DNA of 63,997 nt, filler included, from Octopus bimaculoides (GCF_001194135.2; 6 parts of 6 records of this genome joined end to end with filler, not necessarily neighbours in it), one strand, 5' to 3'; positions 1 to 13,543 are shown, counted from the first letter of the whole stretch. Numbers and translations are program-made. Notes: generated by a model from the sequence alone, not told the origin.

Positions 1-345
1 ATATATATATATATATATATATATATAGATATATTGTATATTTTACTCGTTTTTTCACTAGATTGCGTCCACGATGAAGAAATTTTATTCGAATGAATCA
101 CTCGAGCTTGGTACTTATTCTGTCGGTCTCACTTCCCGAACCATATTTTAAATACCGTGTACATTGAATCATATTCTATCCCTCTCTGGAGGCAGTACTT
201 TTTTAGTTTAACGTACCTTAACGGAATAGTGAATTGCCTGTGTATTTATGTATGTATGTACGTATGTGTGCATGTATGTATGTATGTATGTATGTATGTA
301 TGTATGTGTGTGTGTATTAATATATGCGCAGGATTCGCTCTGTAG

Positions 346-477
346 TAAGTAGCTTCCTTACCGACCACGTGGCTCCTGGTTCAGTCCCACTGCGTTGCAC
401 CTTGGGAAATTATCTACCATAGCCTCGAGCCGATCATGTGAGTGGATTCGGTAGACGGAAACAGAAAGTTGTCCGTC

Positions 478-541
<64 letters not shown>

Positions 542-764
542 TCGCGTGAGTGCTCGCGCGCGTATGTTTGTCAGCCCACCATCGCTTGACAACTTATTCT
601 GGTGTGTTTATGTCCCCGTAACACCAGCTGTTCGGCAAAGAGAGACCGATAGAATAAGTACTAGGCTTACAAAGAATAAGTCCTGGGGTCGATTTGTTCG
701 ACTAAAGGCAGTGGTCCAGCATGGCCGCAGTCAAATTACTGAAACAATTAAAAGAATAAAAGAA
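346..764 (+). mobile_element. tRNA-derived SINE family A with an internal (TA)n(TG)n microsatellite; near full length
   Basis: B-box-like GGTTCAGTCCC, then the body, the internal microsatellite and the end ACTGAAACAATTAAAAGAATAAAAGAAT. The same body recurs about 10 times in the window on both strands. Confidence 0.8.
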
Positions 765-1715
765 TATATATACATCTATTACTGTTGTACTGTAGCACTC
801 TTTTGGTCTNNNNNNNNNNNNNNNNNNNNNNNNNNNNNNNNNNNNNNNNNNNNNNNNNNNNNNNNNNNNNNNNNNNNNNNNNNNNNNNNNNNNNNNNNNN
901 NNNNNNNNNNNNNNNNNNNNNNNNNNNNNNNNNNNNNNNNNNNNNNNNNNNNNNNNNNNNNNNNNNNNNNNNNNNNNNNNNNNNNNNNNNNNNNNNNNNN
1001 NNNNNNNNNNNNNNNNNNNNNNNNNNNNNNNNNNNNNNNNNNNNNNNNNNNNNNNNNNNNNNNNNNNNNNNNNNNNNNNNNNNNNNNNNNNNNNNNNNNN
1101 NNNNNNNNNNNNNNNNNNNNNNNNNNNNNNNNNNNNNNNNNNNNNNNNNNNNNNNNNNNNNNNNNNNNNNNNNNNNNNNNNNNNNNNNNNNNNNNNNNNN
1201 NNNNNNNNNNNNNNNNNNNNNNNNNNNNNNNNNNNNNNNNNNNNNNNNNNNNNNNNNNNNNNNNNNNNNNNNNNNNNNNNNNNNNNNNNNNNNNNNNNNN
1301 NNNNNNNNNNNNNNNNNNNNNNNNNNNNNNNNNNNNNNNNNNNNNNNNNNNNNNNNNNNNNNNNNNNNNNNNNNNNNNNNNNNNNNNNNNNNNNNNNNNN
1401 NNNNNNNNNNNNNNNNNNNNNNNNNNNNNNNNNNNNNNNNNNNNNNNNNNNNNNNNNNNNNNNNNNNNNNNNNNNNNNNNNNNNNNNNNNNNNNNNNNNN
1501 NNNNNNNNNNNNNNNNNNNNNNNNNNNNNNNNNNNNNNNNNNNNNNNNNNNNNNNNNNNNNNNNNNNNNNNNNNNNNNNNNNNNNNNNNNNNNNNNNNNN
1601 NNNNNNNNNNNNNNNNNNNNNNNNNNNNNNNNNNNNNNNNNNNNNNNNNNNNNNNNNNNNNNNNNNNNNNNNNNNNNNNNNNNNNNNNNNNNNNNNNNNN
1701 NNNNNNNNNNNNNNN

Positions 1716-1779
<64 letters not shown>

Positions 1780-1869
1780 GCACACACACACACATACGCA
1801 GAATATATGCACGCAGGCACACGCACACACATATACACTCACACACAAGTTGCATAAATGTTGTATAAA

Positions 1870-2800
1870 TTCGTTTGAAGTTTATTACAATATTATGCTC
1901 TTAGATTAAGAAAATACTTAGAGTGCTAATTTTATGTAGTCAAATTACATATTTGTACACAAATTAGACATTTAGTAAATGTAACATGATTCTTTTCATT
2001 ATTTTTGTTCTTCATTAAATCGTTTTAGTTAACATAAATGGAGTAAGCATCCATTTCTCTATATGTGCTTCAGTATTCGTTACTTAATAATTTGGTAAGA
2101 GTTTCAACCAAAGAAATATATTCAAATTTGTCTTCTATATTTTCTGTTTTGGAAATATTACTAATCATCATGTATTTATACCGTATATTACGTTATATAA
2201 TTTTTCTTCCATTTGCAAATTTTATACTTTTGTTTCTTCAGTTGCTACCTAACAAATGGAATAGCTTGCGAATTAAAACAAGAAGCAGAGTGCAATGTCC
2301 AGAAAACTTCGGAAATTAGCAGCTCGTATTTCAACTCTACAAGAACAGCTGCATTTCTGTTTGCTAAAATGTTACGCAAGGCACTTGAATAAAATTCTTA
2401 ATGCTAACAGCAACGAGATAATGTATATAGTTTCTTTAATGTGATATAAGTATATATTTCCAATCTCTTTCGTTGTTTTCTTAGCAATTGGAATATAGGA
2501 AAAGTCAAAGACAAAATAATAGCATCTTATGAGTGATATTTCTTGAAAAATATTATTCTGTATCAAAGAAAATGAAATATGGCATTGCAACAACATGTTT
2601 TGGAATTTCTAATATTCCACACAGTTGTACGATGCTTTACGAGATGAAATACCAACGATTAATAAATATGTGATGCCCATACAGTAACCAAATTCTCATC
2701 AGTTTGAGTAAAATATTTACCAATGTGAAATAAATTTATATAATTGTTCAGTTTTAAGCAGTTTCAAACATCGGCATAACTCATAGTCTATCAACTCGAA
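1870..2800 (-). pseudogene. Decayed UBR3/N-recognin-like E3 ligase copy C: N-terminal part (UBR-box relic to the HxxF region)
   Basis: Minus-strand frames give QLCGILEIPKHVVA (cf. LCGLVWTANFVAY), LVETLTKLLSNEY (cf. MRSVLTQVLTNQQ) and KNHVTFTKC (cf. KHKSFLEEL), in UBR3 order. Multiple stops and frameshifts. By-eye homology only. Confidence 0.55.
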
Positions 2801-2958
2801 TAGCTTGGACGTCGCACATCATAGACAGAAATAGTTAGAAGATACTGAAAATGGTAGAAATACAGGTTGAGATATACATGCGTGATGCAAAAGAAGGTAA
2901 GTGCAACATTATCATAGATAGACAAGCAAATATGGGAGGACTATATTCCAATGTATAA

Positions 2959-3115
2959 GTCGTGGTTGTGTGGTAAGAAACTTGCTCCGCAGCTACGCAA
3001 TTCTTGGTTCAGTCCCACTGCATGGAAACTTACGCAAGTCTCTTCTAGTGTGGCCTCATCTCGACGGAAGCCTCGTGAAGGGATTTAGTCGAAAGACACT
3101 GAAAGATGCCCAAAT
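2959..3115 (+). mobile_element. SINE family A, 5' part
   Basis: GTGGTTGTGTGGTAAGAA...GGTTCAGTCCCACTGC head followed by the TA/CA microsatellite. Confidence 0.7.
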
Positions 3116-3215
3116 GTGTATATATATATATATAAATGTATGACTATATAGAGATACACATATATCTATGCACATACATGCATTTATATATATACATATA
3201 CACACACACACACGC

Positions 3216-3279
<64 letters not shown>

Positions 3280-3810
3280 GAAAATATTTAATATAATGTT
3301 ATATCCTATGGGGCGTGGGCGTGTGTTTCTGTAGTTATGCTTGCGAGTCTACTGTGTGATAACCAGTTCTCTTTTGTTTATTTCTCCGTAAATTAGCGGT
3401 TCTGCGTAAGTGAACAATTGAATAACTACCAGAAGAACCAGATTTGAAAAGTGGGGAATGGAGTAAATAAAATCTAGGCTACATATATTTCATAGCTAGT
3501 GGAACCTAGGAAGTAGTATTTGCTCAAAAGAGTAGTAATCCGCCACCTAATCGTGGGCCAAGCATACCATAATCAAATAAAATTTTGCATTATCGTCAAG
3601 GGATACATGTATGTACATATGAAAAAGATAAATTCTTATTCTTAAATAATGTTCATATTTAAGGAGAAGAAAATCTATTAATATTTACTTAATACATACA
3701 CATCTAAACTATTATGTACACTCACATCTTACACACACACTCAGATGCGTACACGCATACACACAAACATGCACGCACGCATGTATATCTTTTATATTTT
3801 ATATTTTGCT

Positions 3811-4045
3811 TGTTTCAGACATTAGGTTTTGGCCCTAATAGAGTACCGTCTTGAAAAAGACTCTTCGACGAAGGAATCGATTTCATTACTAATTGCTTTC
3901 CAGTTCTGCTATGTATTCTATCAATTCCTTTTTGCCGAACCTGTAAATTCTGGGACGTAATTGGGTATAGTCACAGACAGAAAGACGCGCCTCCACATCC
4001 GACATACATATATACATACATGCACAGACAGACAGACAGACAGAC

Positions 4046-4077
<32 letters not shown>

Positions 4078-4195
4078 GCTAACACACACACATGCAACCA
4101 AATCCATTCCCAAGGCGTTTGTCTGCCCTAGGCTGTGGTAGAAGACTCTTGCCAAAGGCACCACGCAGTGGTACCGAACTCCTTACTACACAGCG
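3811..4195 (-). mobile_element. SINE family A, degenerate full copy
   Basis: Reverse complement of the 346-764 element, including the internal CA tract. Confidence 0.7.
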
Positions 4196-4199
4196 AAAT

Positions 4200-4440
4200 C
4201 TGCGCAAGATATAAGAAATTGAAATTTTTAAATTTTTAAATTCTTGTGAAATTGAATACGAATGAAATTCATAAAAATCAAAAAAACAAAAAAACATGTC
4301 TGGGGGACACACAGTGTGACAGCACACTTTTGATGCGAGTTTGATAAAGTGCCTCTCAAACATTACGTAAATTTCACTTGGAATATTTGCGTAAAATTTG
4401 CCTTGGAAATAGAGTTGGTACAGAAAAAATTGTGACAAAT
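4200..4440 (-). pseudogene. Extra C-terminal fragment of a UBR3-like gene
   Basis: ORF 4079..4438(-) contains ANIPSEIYVMFERHFIKLASKVCCHTVCPPD, resembling LQLPENYNTIFQYYHRKTCSVCTKVPKDP. Confidence 0.45.
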
Positions 4441-5057
4441 CATTAAAGATGTGTTAAAGCATTTTCTTTGTCTTCTTATAATAGATATATACAGTGTCTT
4501 CTATATAACTTCGTGCCGACCAAAGATTTATGAGTTTATTTGGTACACATTAATGGAGTAAGCACTTATATATACATACATACATACATATATATATATA
4601 TATTTAAAAAAAAAACTGAGGGAATATGTAATCCAGGTTATCAGGACATTTACTATTTTACTCTTTACTAATGCAATGTAAACAGTATCATTTATAATAT
4701 TATTACAAATTTGGGAGTTTACCAATAGAACCGCAACTCCTATTTCAGGACAACCTTATTCTCTGGAATACACATAGAAAGTTATAACTTATATAATAAT
4801 AAAATAATATAAGCGTTTTAGAACCTACTATAATGTACAATAAACTTATAAAAAAAAAAATTTATTTAAAAAATTTGTGAAAAAATATACCTTACCTGTA
4901 TGTGGGGAAAAAGATATTTATAATCAACACTAAGCACCAACGCAGAAACACGTGTAGCGTTGATGTAAAACATCTGCTTTCCCCGCAGACTAATTACAGG
5001 TAAGGTATATATATTTTTTCAAATATTTTTTAAATATGTTTTTTTTTTAATATTATC

Positions 5058-5290
5058 TACATTAGTTACAGTTGGCAGATATTTGTCCTCATCTTGTTTG
5101 TTGTTAACACAACATTTCGGCTGATATACCCTGCAGCTTTCATCAGGTGTCTAGAGGAAATTTTCCTAAGGACTGAGAGCCCAGGTTCGAGATTTCCCCA
5201 TGAAACTTGATGAAGGCTGGAGGGTATATCAGTCGAAAGGTTAACAAGAAACAAGATGAGGACAAATATCCGTCAACTGTAAATAATGTA
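5058..5290. mobile_element. Foldback element with hammerhead-ribozyme-like cores on both strands; probably a Penelope-like element terminus
   Basis: About 90-bp imperfect inverted arms (TACATTAGTTACAGTTGG...TCAACTGTAAATAATGTA). The minus strand at 5151-5106 reads GACAC CTGATGA A AGCTG CAGGGTATAT CAGCC GAAA TGTT GTGTT. Confidence 0.65.
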
Positions 5291-8200
5291 AATAATGTAC
5301 AAAATGTCTCATCAAGTTTTTAAAGATAATTTTATTGTACTTTGTATTAGGTTTTAAAAAATATATATATTCTTTCCGAATTTGAAGGACTATTTACATA
5401 TTAGACAGTCAGGAGTGATGAACTTCAAAATTTTATCTAGATCTTTTCTTGGAATATAATTTTACCGTAGTAATGGAAGTCAGACGCCCACATCTACAGC
5501 CTTGTATATATCTACTCCCGGTGCACGCTCTGCCACCCACCAAATAAATAGAATTTTTATTCCCCGTACACATGAAACACAACTAGAAGAAGTGTGTTCT
5601 CTATACCACTGCTATCTATATTTATATAATTTTGTCGTCGCAGCTTTCTGCGGCGCCGATTTGCAAAAGTCTTTTACTTGCTGTCCGTAAATTTTATTTC
5701 TGTAAAGATACTATCTCTTAAATATACACTATATTGAAACGAAAATAAGAAAATTAGATGTACTCTTATTTTTCATTTTAATGTTGCATCCCTAAAACAA
5801 AATGACTTATTGATTAATGTGCATCTACTTAATTCTATGTAGAATATACTTTAAGAAATCAAATTACGCCTAATACTGAATGTATCATGGCAGCAGTCAG
5901 TTGGTGAATTATTAAAACTGTACAAATTCAGACACATACAGAAATTAAATTACCTCATATAATAGGTAATACAGAGAAATCAAAGAATTGAACATGCCTG
6001 TACATAGCCATCAGTAGATGAATCAGATGAAATTCAAAATATATTGGAAGAGAAAATAAGATAGGAATAATTTAGAAGCCTATTACACAAATACTAAATA
6101 TTGAAACTACTGCTGGAAAATATATCACCATATATCCTATTCATGACCTGGCCCATAGTACAAACATATAATAAAACTGAAGTTAAAAGGCGTGGATACA
6201 TTTAGGTAAGAAAAAGAAACAAAAAAAATGACAACAATTTGCTATTCGGATCCTACATTGATATTGATGACAAAAACACACGAGGCTAATGGCTTTTTTC
6301 TGAATTAACAGAGAACATCAAACGAAAAATATCACTTCGTCTCAGGCTGTTAAGTCCTGGCAAAGATAGAATATATTTACAGGAATGATGGAATACGTGA
6401 TTATAGCCATTCAGCTTTATAATTTTCACTCAAAGAATTGGAGTAACCAGACATCGACATTTTTATTTGATATCTATGAAGCTGTGTGAATATATGTCAT
6501 GTGTGTAGTGCTCCAATGTAGAGATTTGCTGAATGAAGTTTTGCTGCCGGAGCTGAATTTATTCAGTGTAAACGCAGAATGTTTTTTTTTTCTATCAATA
6601 GGAAATTTTCAAAATATACAAGCTGCAGTTTAAAAATAAATCTTACTTGTTGATTATTATATTGTTATTTGTTGCTGTTTTATATTTTGTTCACAAATAG
6701 ATCAGCGTGATAAAGTAGGCAGACGAACACAGAAAAATGGGTGACCTTATAGTATTTTACTTCATGTACAGTATATTTATCTGCAACTCTTTTCTATCCA
6801 TTCTACTCCTTTTACTTTGGGACATTGGGATATGTTTTGTCAGAATATTTCCTTACTATTATATACTGATTTATTGTCCGATATTTCATCGACTTGTCAT
6901 CTTCTATTGAATCATTAATTGCATTATCTGTACCCGTGGCAAAAATGTATCTGTGGTTTACATTTAGAATTCTTTTACATTTAGAATTTTTTTAACGACC
7001 AATTAAAAGCTCTTTCTATAATTTTATCAACATTAACAACTGTGAATGACATACAATTATATACAATGATACCTGTACATGTAGGATGTATCGAATCATT
7101 AGTTTCAGTAATTCACATACACAGTTGCGTAAATAACAACCAATATATTTTCTTGAAAAGAGTTGATAGATATGTATCACAATCATATATACTGTTATAC
7201 ATGTATACTAAATTATATTTCATTTTACCAATCTCTACCGAGAATTGCTCCATGGTAGTATCTCCAAAAGAACGTTGACGCTGATAATTTTCAACATTGC
7301 CCGTGTCGATTATGAGGGGATAAATGATGTACAGAGAAGTAAATTGTTTTAAGATAAAAAAAAAGGATTAATACACGGCAGTATCGGCGGGGTCGGAAGT
7401 AATTGTATTAAGACGGTAAACAGGTTTATTAGAAAATATTTATAGTCCGATATCTCATTGACTTGTCATCTTCTCTTGTATCATTAATTGCATTATCTGT
7501 ACCTGTGGCAAAAATAGGTGTGGCTTATATTTAGAATTTTTTATCGACAAAATCTGTACATTATTAACTCTTAATCGTTTGTTTTGTGAACAACAATATA
7601 TATTCTGCCATATCGTAACCCAAAGTTTTAAGAATATATCTTCATTATCGTCGCAGTAATCTCGTATCAAACACCTCAGGATCGAGCCATCATAACAATG
7701 TTGCTATTTTAAGACACGTATGAATTCACGAAAGGGGATAAAAGCGAAAAAAACAAAAAAAAAAAGAAAATAGAAAAAAGAGCTGTTTTCTTTATTTCGT
7801 ATATATTTACATATTCGATTTTCATATCAAAGATTGATACTTGCTCATAATATTTCCAATATGATTGCTATGACGGAATAACGAAACTATAAACTTATCT
7901 GTACTTAAAGTTGAATGGTTTCCTTTCTTTTTCATGTAATTGTTCCTTCACACGAAATCGTTTTACTTTCGAGCTGATTGGCAGATGTGAACAACTCATT
8001 TATTCTGCATGTAAAATTAACATTTAAGTGTTGTTCGTGAATGATTTGATCAATAACTGCTGTTCTTACATCTTCTCTGTTTTATATTTATAAATTTTAT
8101 GGTGTCTGGAATTTAACATCTGCAAAGGCAATTATAAAGAAAAGACAATATCTTTGAAAAGAATATGAAACGGGGCATGTTATGTTCTCATACAATTCAT

Positions 8201-8699
8201 CTCTTAGATCTTCATTCTTTATTCTTCAAATATGTCGTAAACAAATTTCGTGTATATCCTAGGAGTCTCAAATTATTTCAAAGATATGCGCGCAACTACT
8301 CCAAATGTTTGTGAAAATTAAAATTTTAAGAAGTTTAAAGATTGAATTTTGTGCTCGTTATTTTCTACTATATTCCATCTTCACTGAAATTACAAATTTG
8401 CTAACATATAGTATGTATTTTTATATTTAATTGAATAACGTCGAGTTCCATCATTACTAACAATGTAGAATTCGAGTTATACTTTGAATTAAAACTATAA
8501 TTATTCTTCCACTATCTACATCTCTTTTTAAAAGGAGCTGCAAAGAGGTAGATGTTGCCAGTGTGCAATATTCAATATATTTTGATGAATATGAAAATAT
8601 TGACGTTCTGAGATTGATTATAAGTATTATCTTATCAAGTTTGTAATGTCGCTTTCATTAATTTCATGTATATTTATAACGTTGTTATCCGTGTCGTAA

Positions 8700-8780
8700 C
8701 ACTCATCGTCATCATTATCATGAATCCTATCATACCACCATTAAAATTCACCGTAAGATTACCATCAACATTGTCGTCGA

Positions 8781-8830
<50 letters not shown>

Positions 8831-8890
8831 ACTAAACCGTCATGAACATCAACAACACCGCGACCATCATCATCGACGTCACCAACCGTC
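8700..8890. repeat. (CAT)n microsatellite with degenerate CAT/CAC flanks
   Basis: Direct read. Confidence 0.9.
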
Positions 8891-11539
8891 TGCTTGTTTG
8901 ATTATTACTTATTAGTATCATCTTCAAAAAATCAACGAATATTTTGTTTCGTTTCAGATCAGCTGTGACAAATTGGATGCTCCAGTTATGGCCATCACAT
9001 CGTCATCATCATCCTCATCGACGCCCGAAACTAGTTAAACAAATGAAAGAAATCTACGCCGTCACCTGTAACATAAACCTCAATGTTCTAATCTAAATAT
9101 TGATATATGAATTACGAAACTTTAAAATAAATATATATCAGTGTTTTGTTTAACGCGTCTTTGCGAACCTATAGTAAAGCATCTTAAATTTCACAATTCG
9201 AATCTCATTTCAAATTCTGTGTATAACAATGTAATGTTAGTAGAACATTTACGTAGCCCCAGCAGGGAATAATTTAGTGTTGATTATTATTCAACTAGTT
9301 ATACGGACAAAAATATATGCAAATAAGCTCTTTTTAAGAGAAATAGTTTTTTTTCTAACTTCATGCACAATAGCTATCGCATCTCAACTCATACTGATGT
9401 CACAAAAATGTCTCTATATATATTTATCGCTTAAAGGATATATGTAGACAATTAAAAACAAATGAACAAATAAATTTGAAAGATAATTCATAATTTGATT
9501 ATTACTTTTAACAATTGTTTCATAAACAATAAATATTGTTAACTACATGTTTATGTAAGTTACACAATTAATGTTTGTAAATTAATTTGAAGCAACGTTC
9601 ATTGCAAGTCATCAAAGATGTCTCAATCTAGGTTACTCAGTGCCCTTTGGTCTATGTATATGTATATGAATTATAGTCAATCGACTGAATACATTAATGA
9701 AAGGACACTATCCTTTATTTTCATCAGAGCTACAGCAGAGCTCAGACCATGAAGATGAACAAAGAGATGAACGAATTTGCCCTACGAATATTCTAACGAT
9801 TCTGCCAGCTCGCTGCCATACACACACATATCTATATTGAACCTTCTTGCCACATACACCGAACACTAATTTGTTGAAATAGAATGTAGAGCTAAAGTTT
9901 GCACACATACCATATTTAGTTGTTTTGTTCGTTTGTTTAATCATTACTTGGTAGTAACATCTTGGAAAACCAACAAACATTTTGCTTCGTTTCAGATCAG
10001 TTATTATGAATTGGATGTTCCAGTTATTGCCATCACACTTTTAAAAAATCCAGGCATAGTGTATAGCAATTCTAGAAATATATTGTGCTATATGTGCCTC
10101 GTGTGTGATGCCGTGAGATCTGTGAGGACTATTCTAGTATTTCATTTCTCGACGTTGAGTTTGTATTTTATTTCTTCTCTATATCTAAACATTTTATAGT
10201 TTTTCACTTATTGGACCTGCATCCCATTAAATGCATGTGAATTGTCATTAATTTTGCAGTCTAACAGTCCCAAAAATTTTTTACCAATATTCATCGAGAA
10301 CAATGTTTCGCCAAATATTAAAATCTTGCTAAAAACACGTTGGGATGGAATATGTGCTAATTAATAAAGACTCTCCATATCAGATGTTAAACTTAGTCAT
10401 CTATTAATTAAAAAGAAAATATATGAAAAATAGATTCTACTTACCACAAGGCAATAAATTCTCATTACTAATTCTTATTAACAAGAATTTATAATCATGA
10501 AATTAATTCATATTTATAATTCAGTAATACGAAATAGTAGGCAAGATTTCTGAATAGTTTCCACGTGGAAAAGCTTAATTATGTTTTATATAAAGATACA
10601 ATTCTATTTACAAAATCCGTCTTATAGATAATCATTTTACCTCCAAAATTTGAAGAAAACACAGCTGAAAAAATTACTTTGCCTGGGGAAAGATAATAAT
10701 TACAAAAACTATCTCAGCTTACCTGAGGATATGTACAGCGAGATACTTAAAAAAAAGAGCAGCAACTAATTCTACTTAGGTATTTATAATCATGTAATTA
10801 ATTAAGAGGAATATTACAGTGAGAATTACACCTTCATTAAATGTCGGTATAAGTTCTGTTAAATTGTATAATTTTTGTGCCTAGAGCGCTGGCTGATAGG
10901 TTGCTACTCTAGACGTTTAACTTGCTAATTTGTTCTTCTAACAGGGGAACAGTTAATATCTTATCTTGATTACAGCAGTTATGTTACTGCTATGTTTCTT
11001 TATAATCTCTACATACCAATCTTCCCATTCACCAGTACCTCAGCCTTTAGTTATATTTAGAGTATTTATACACCATGTTCCAGACTGCTCAACATTCTAA
11101 CGATTTGCTGGCAATTTCGAGTTTTCTAAATAACCGAAACAACGTTTTTATTTTATATTTTTGTTATATGTGTGCATATGTATGAGTCCACACGTGCATA
11201 TGTTTCAATGCGTGTCCCGTACAATGCATGCAAAGGAAACTATGTTAGGATGGAAAAAAAGGCTTTCAAATAAACCGTGATATGTGTTTGTGGTGAAGTA
11301 TATTAGTAAATATCTTCCGTCACATCATTGGGTTAGAAATCGGCTAATAAATAAATGTTAATTAACATCACCTGTAATGCAAATTAACAGCTGTATCACC
11401 AACTAAGTCGCTCTCAGGGCACACGTCTGTGTGGAATACTTAAGGACATTCAATACAACGGACACAAATACCCACATGCACACACATATATATATACATA
11501 TATACTTCTGAAACATATAAAAGTATAAAATAATAAAAG

Positions 11540-11542
<3 letters not shown>

Positions 11543-11610
<68 letters not shown>
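11543..11610. repeat. (CA)n microsatellite
   Basis: Direct read. Confidence 0.95.
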
Positions 11611-11615
<5 letters not shown>

Positions 11616-12419
11616 AATATCCTAAATATTAATATGCTAATTTTCATTTAGTTAAGGAAGTACCTTTGGTGTGTGTCACATTTACTTCAAAGGAAGACGT
11701 ACAATGAGAGAAATAAAACTTGTTCCTCAGAGGAAGTATAATTTGAAGTCAGAGGCAAAACGGCAAAGAGGAGTGACAACACACACTCTCTCTCTCTCTC
11801 TCTCTCACTTCCTCCCTCTCTCTCTCTCTCCTTCTGTCTGTCTCTCTCAGCAAATGGCTGTGGAAATTATTGTTACTCTTCGATATTTAAAGGCAGAGGT
11901 ACAAAGACAAAGACAAATAGATGTTAAATAGACGACGTATAGTTGAAGGAAGTGGCAAAGCGAGAGATAGCACGAATAGACAGGGGCTGAGACAGACAAG
12001 GAGAGTGGGTTTTGACTGAGAGAAAGATGTCGATCGTTTCCTGGTCTTTAAATGTTCACAGTATTTTCAGGGTATTCACACACATACATCGAAAGAAAAC
12101 TAGATACATAGATACGTCGACACATTGTTACATCAAAGAATAACCACAGCAAATATTGGATGATACGTTCACTTTTTATTACCGCAGTGCGATGAGAGAC
12201 ATGCAAGGAGATATAGAGGAGGGAGAGGGGAGGGAGGGGAGGAGAGAGAGAGAGAAGGGGAAGAAAACGCGTTAAACGCAGAAGAAAGAGAGAGGAAAGG
12301 GGAAAGAAAGAGAGAGAGAGGGAGAGTGAGAGAGAGCGAGGAGGGGAAGAGAGTTACAGAGATAGACTACGTGAAGCAAAGGAGTGAATAGAGAATAGTG
12401 AGCCAGAATGAAACCGTTC

Positions 12420-13050
12420 TCATATTGTCATAGACAAAGTGCTGTAAAACTTTTCCTTTTCGACGATCTTGAAAGGAACAAGCCTGCGACCATTTTTATC
12501 AATAACTTGCTCAATATTCTTCATTTTTGGCATGTTTCCTCGCTAAGTTTGAATCTATACTCATTTGTCTTCTCAAACACCATTTTAACATGTTCCATAT
12601 GCTGGCCTCTAGACTGACTTTTTATGAGTGCGTCATCCAAATATGATATAGCGAAATCCGTATCTGCAAGCATCATGCCCATCGCCTGTTGGAAAATACT
12701 TGATGCTACCTTTATCCCAAGAGGAAGTCGATTGAATATATAAACGTTTGTGAGTGTTTATCATTAACAATTTCGAACATTCGTCTAACTCCTTGACTTT
12801 CGCAAAAGTTCCTTCTTGGCTTGGTAGTCGATAATTTTGTGTCCTTAAACATTTGTTCAAACCTGTTGAAAAGTCCGCGCATACTAGTCTTTTGTTATTG
12901 TTTTTCTTTACGTTAAAGCGTTAGTGCTGCCCGTTCTGAGTAATCAACCTTTTCTATAACTCCTAGATTTTGTAGCCTATCTGATTCCTCGCTGACTTGA
13001 TTCAATGTGGCGAAAGGTACAGTTTGTTTCGGATTAAACACCGGTTTGAT
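12420..13050 (-). mobile_element. Ty3/Gypsy LTR-retrotransposon reverse-transcriptase relic
   Basis: Minus-strand translation with frameshifts: PVFNPKQTVPFA...LGVIEKVDYSE...RLVCADFSTGLN...LMINTHK.LY.FNRLPLGIKVASSIFQQAM...ISYLDDALI...HMEHVKMVF. This is a typical Gypsy RT with the YLDD motif. Confidence 0.85.
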
Positions 13051-13495
13051 GTGAAGAAATAGATGAATAAATACGCATAACAGAAAAACAGAAGACGTTG
13101 CTACCAGGAAATATAACTTTGTGACTGTCTTTGACTATCCCTAACACATAAACTATATCCGAAGGAGGGGTCTAAAGTACATCTACGTGTCACCTGACTA
13201 TACAGTCACACAGGATCTGGTAAGCACAAAGAGATATTCTATTACTGAGATAATCAAAGTTTAATTCATTAATTTAGAGATTGACTAATGAGGAAATTGA
13301 ACATGTGTGCTTAATGATGCGTCCTGGCTTTCAAAAATATAGCCTGCTAATTGAATACTGAATCACAACTGCAAACATACCTTCTATCGGCATTTAAACG
13401 AAGATGAAGTTATTAATGTAATAGGGGTTCGTTGTTACAGTTTAGATTTAGTTTACAGAATCAAAGATGTAAATATATATGTGTGTATGTGAGTA

Positions 13496-13543
<48 letters not shown>

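Larger units (their letters stand above)
4530..11100 (-). pseudogene. Decayed UBR3/N-recognin-like copy B, nearly full length, interrupted by repeats
   Basis: Colinear minus-strand motifs: LFF.VSRCTYPQ...KVIFSAVF...VNRIV (~10.75-10.6 kb; cf. LLFWTIKYEFPQ...KVAFTKTF...SNRIV); VLTDL...IFLE...VMAITG (~10.1 kb); NREDVRTAVIDQI (~8.07 kb; cf. DDEILRAEMVAQL); SFGD (~7.25 kb); RQQNF (~6.55 kb); GYNHVFHHSC RING relic (~6.39 kb); KDFC (~5.67 kb); LVCGESRC (4992-4970); GVAVLLVNSQI (~4.74-4.71 kb; cf. GIFLLINAS). Many stops. Confidence 0.7.

Noticed and set aside
4989-4999. Apparent plus-strand 11-nt micro-exon (TTTCCCCGCAG|ACTAATTACAG|GTAAGG)
   Set aside because: It is the antisense of the LxLVCG motif of pseudogene copy B, so the splice-like signals are coincidental.
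9998-10055. Apparent plus-strand exon ISYYELDVPVIAITLLKNP after TTTCAG (duplicated at ~8957)
   Set aside because: No GT donor, and the region is better explained as the antisense of the VMAITG..LI.NE segment of copy B.
10683-10722. 40-nt GT...AG interval on the minus strand in copy B
   Set aside because: Very short, and the UBR3-like motifs (YPQ...KVIF) run colinearly through it.
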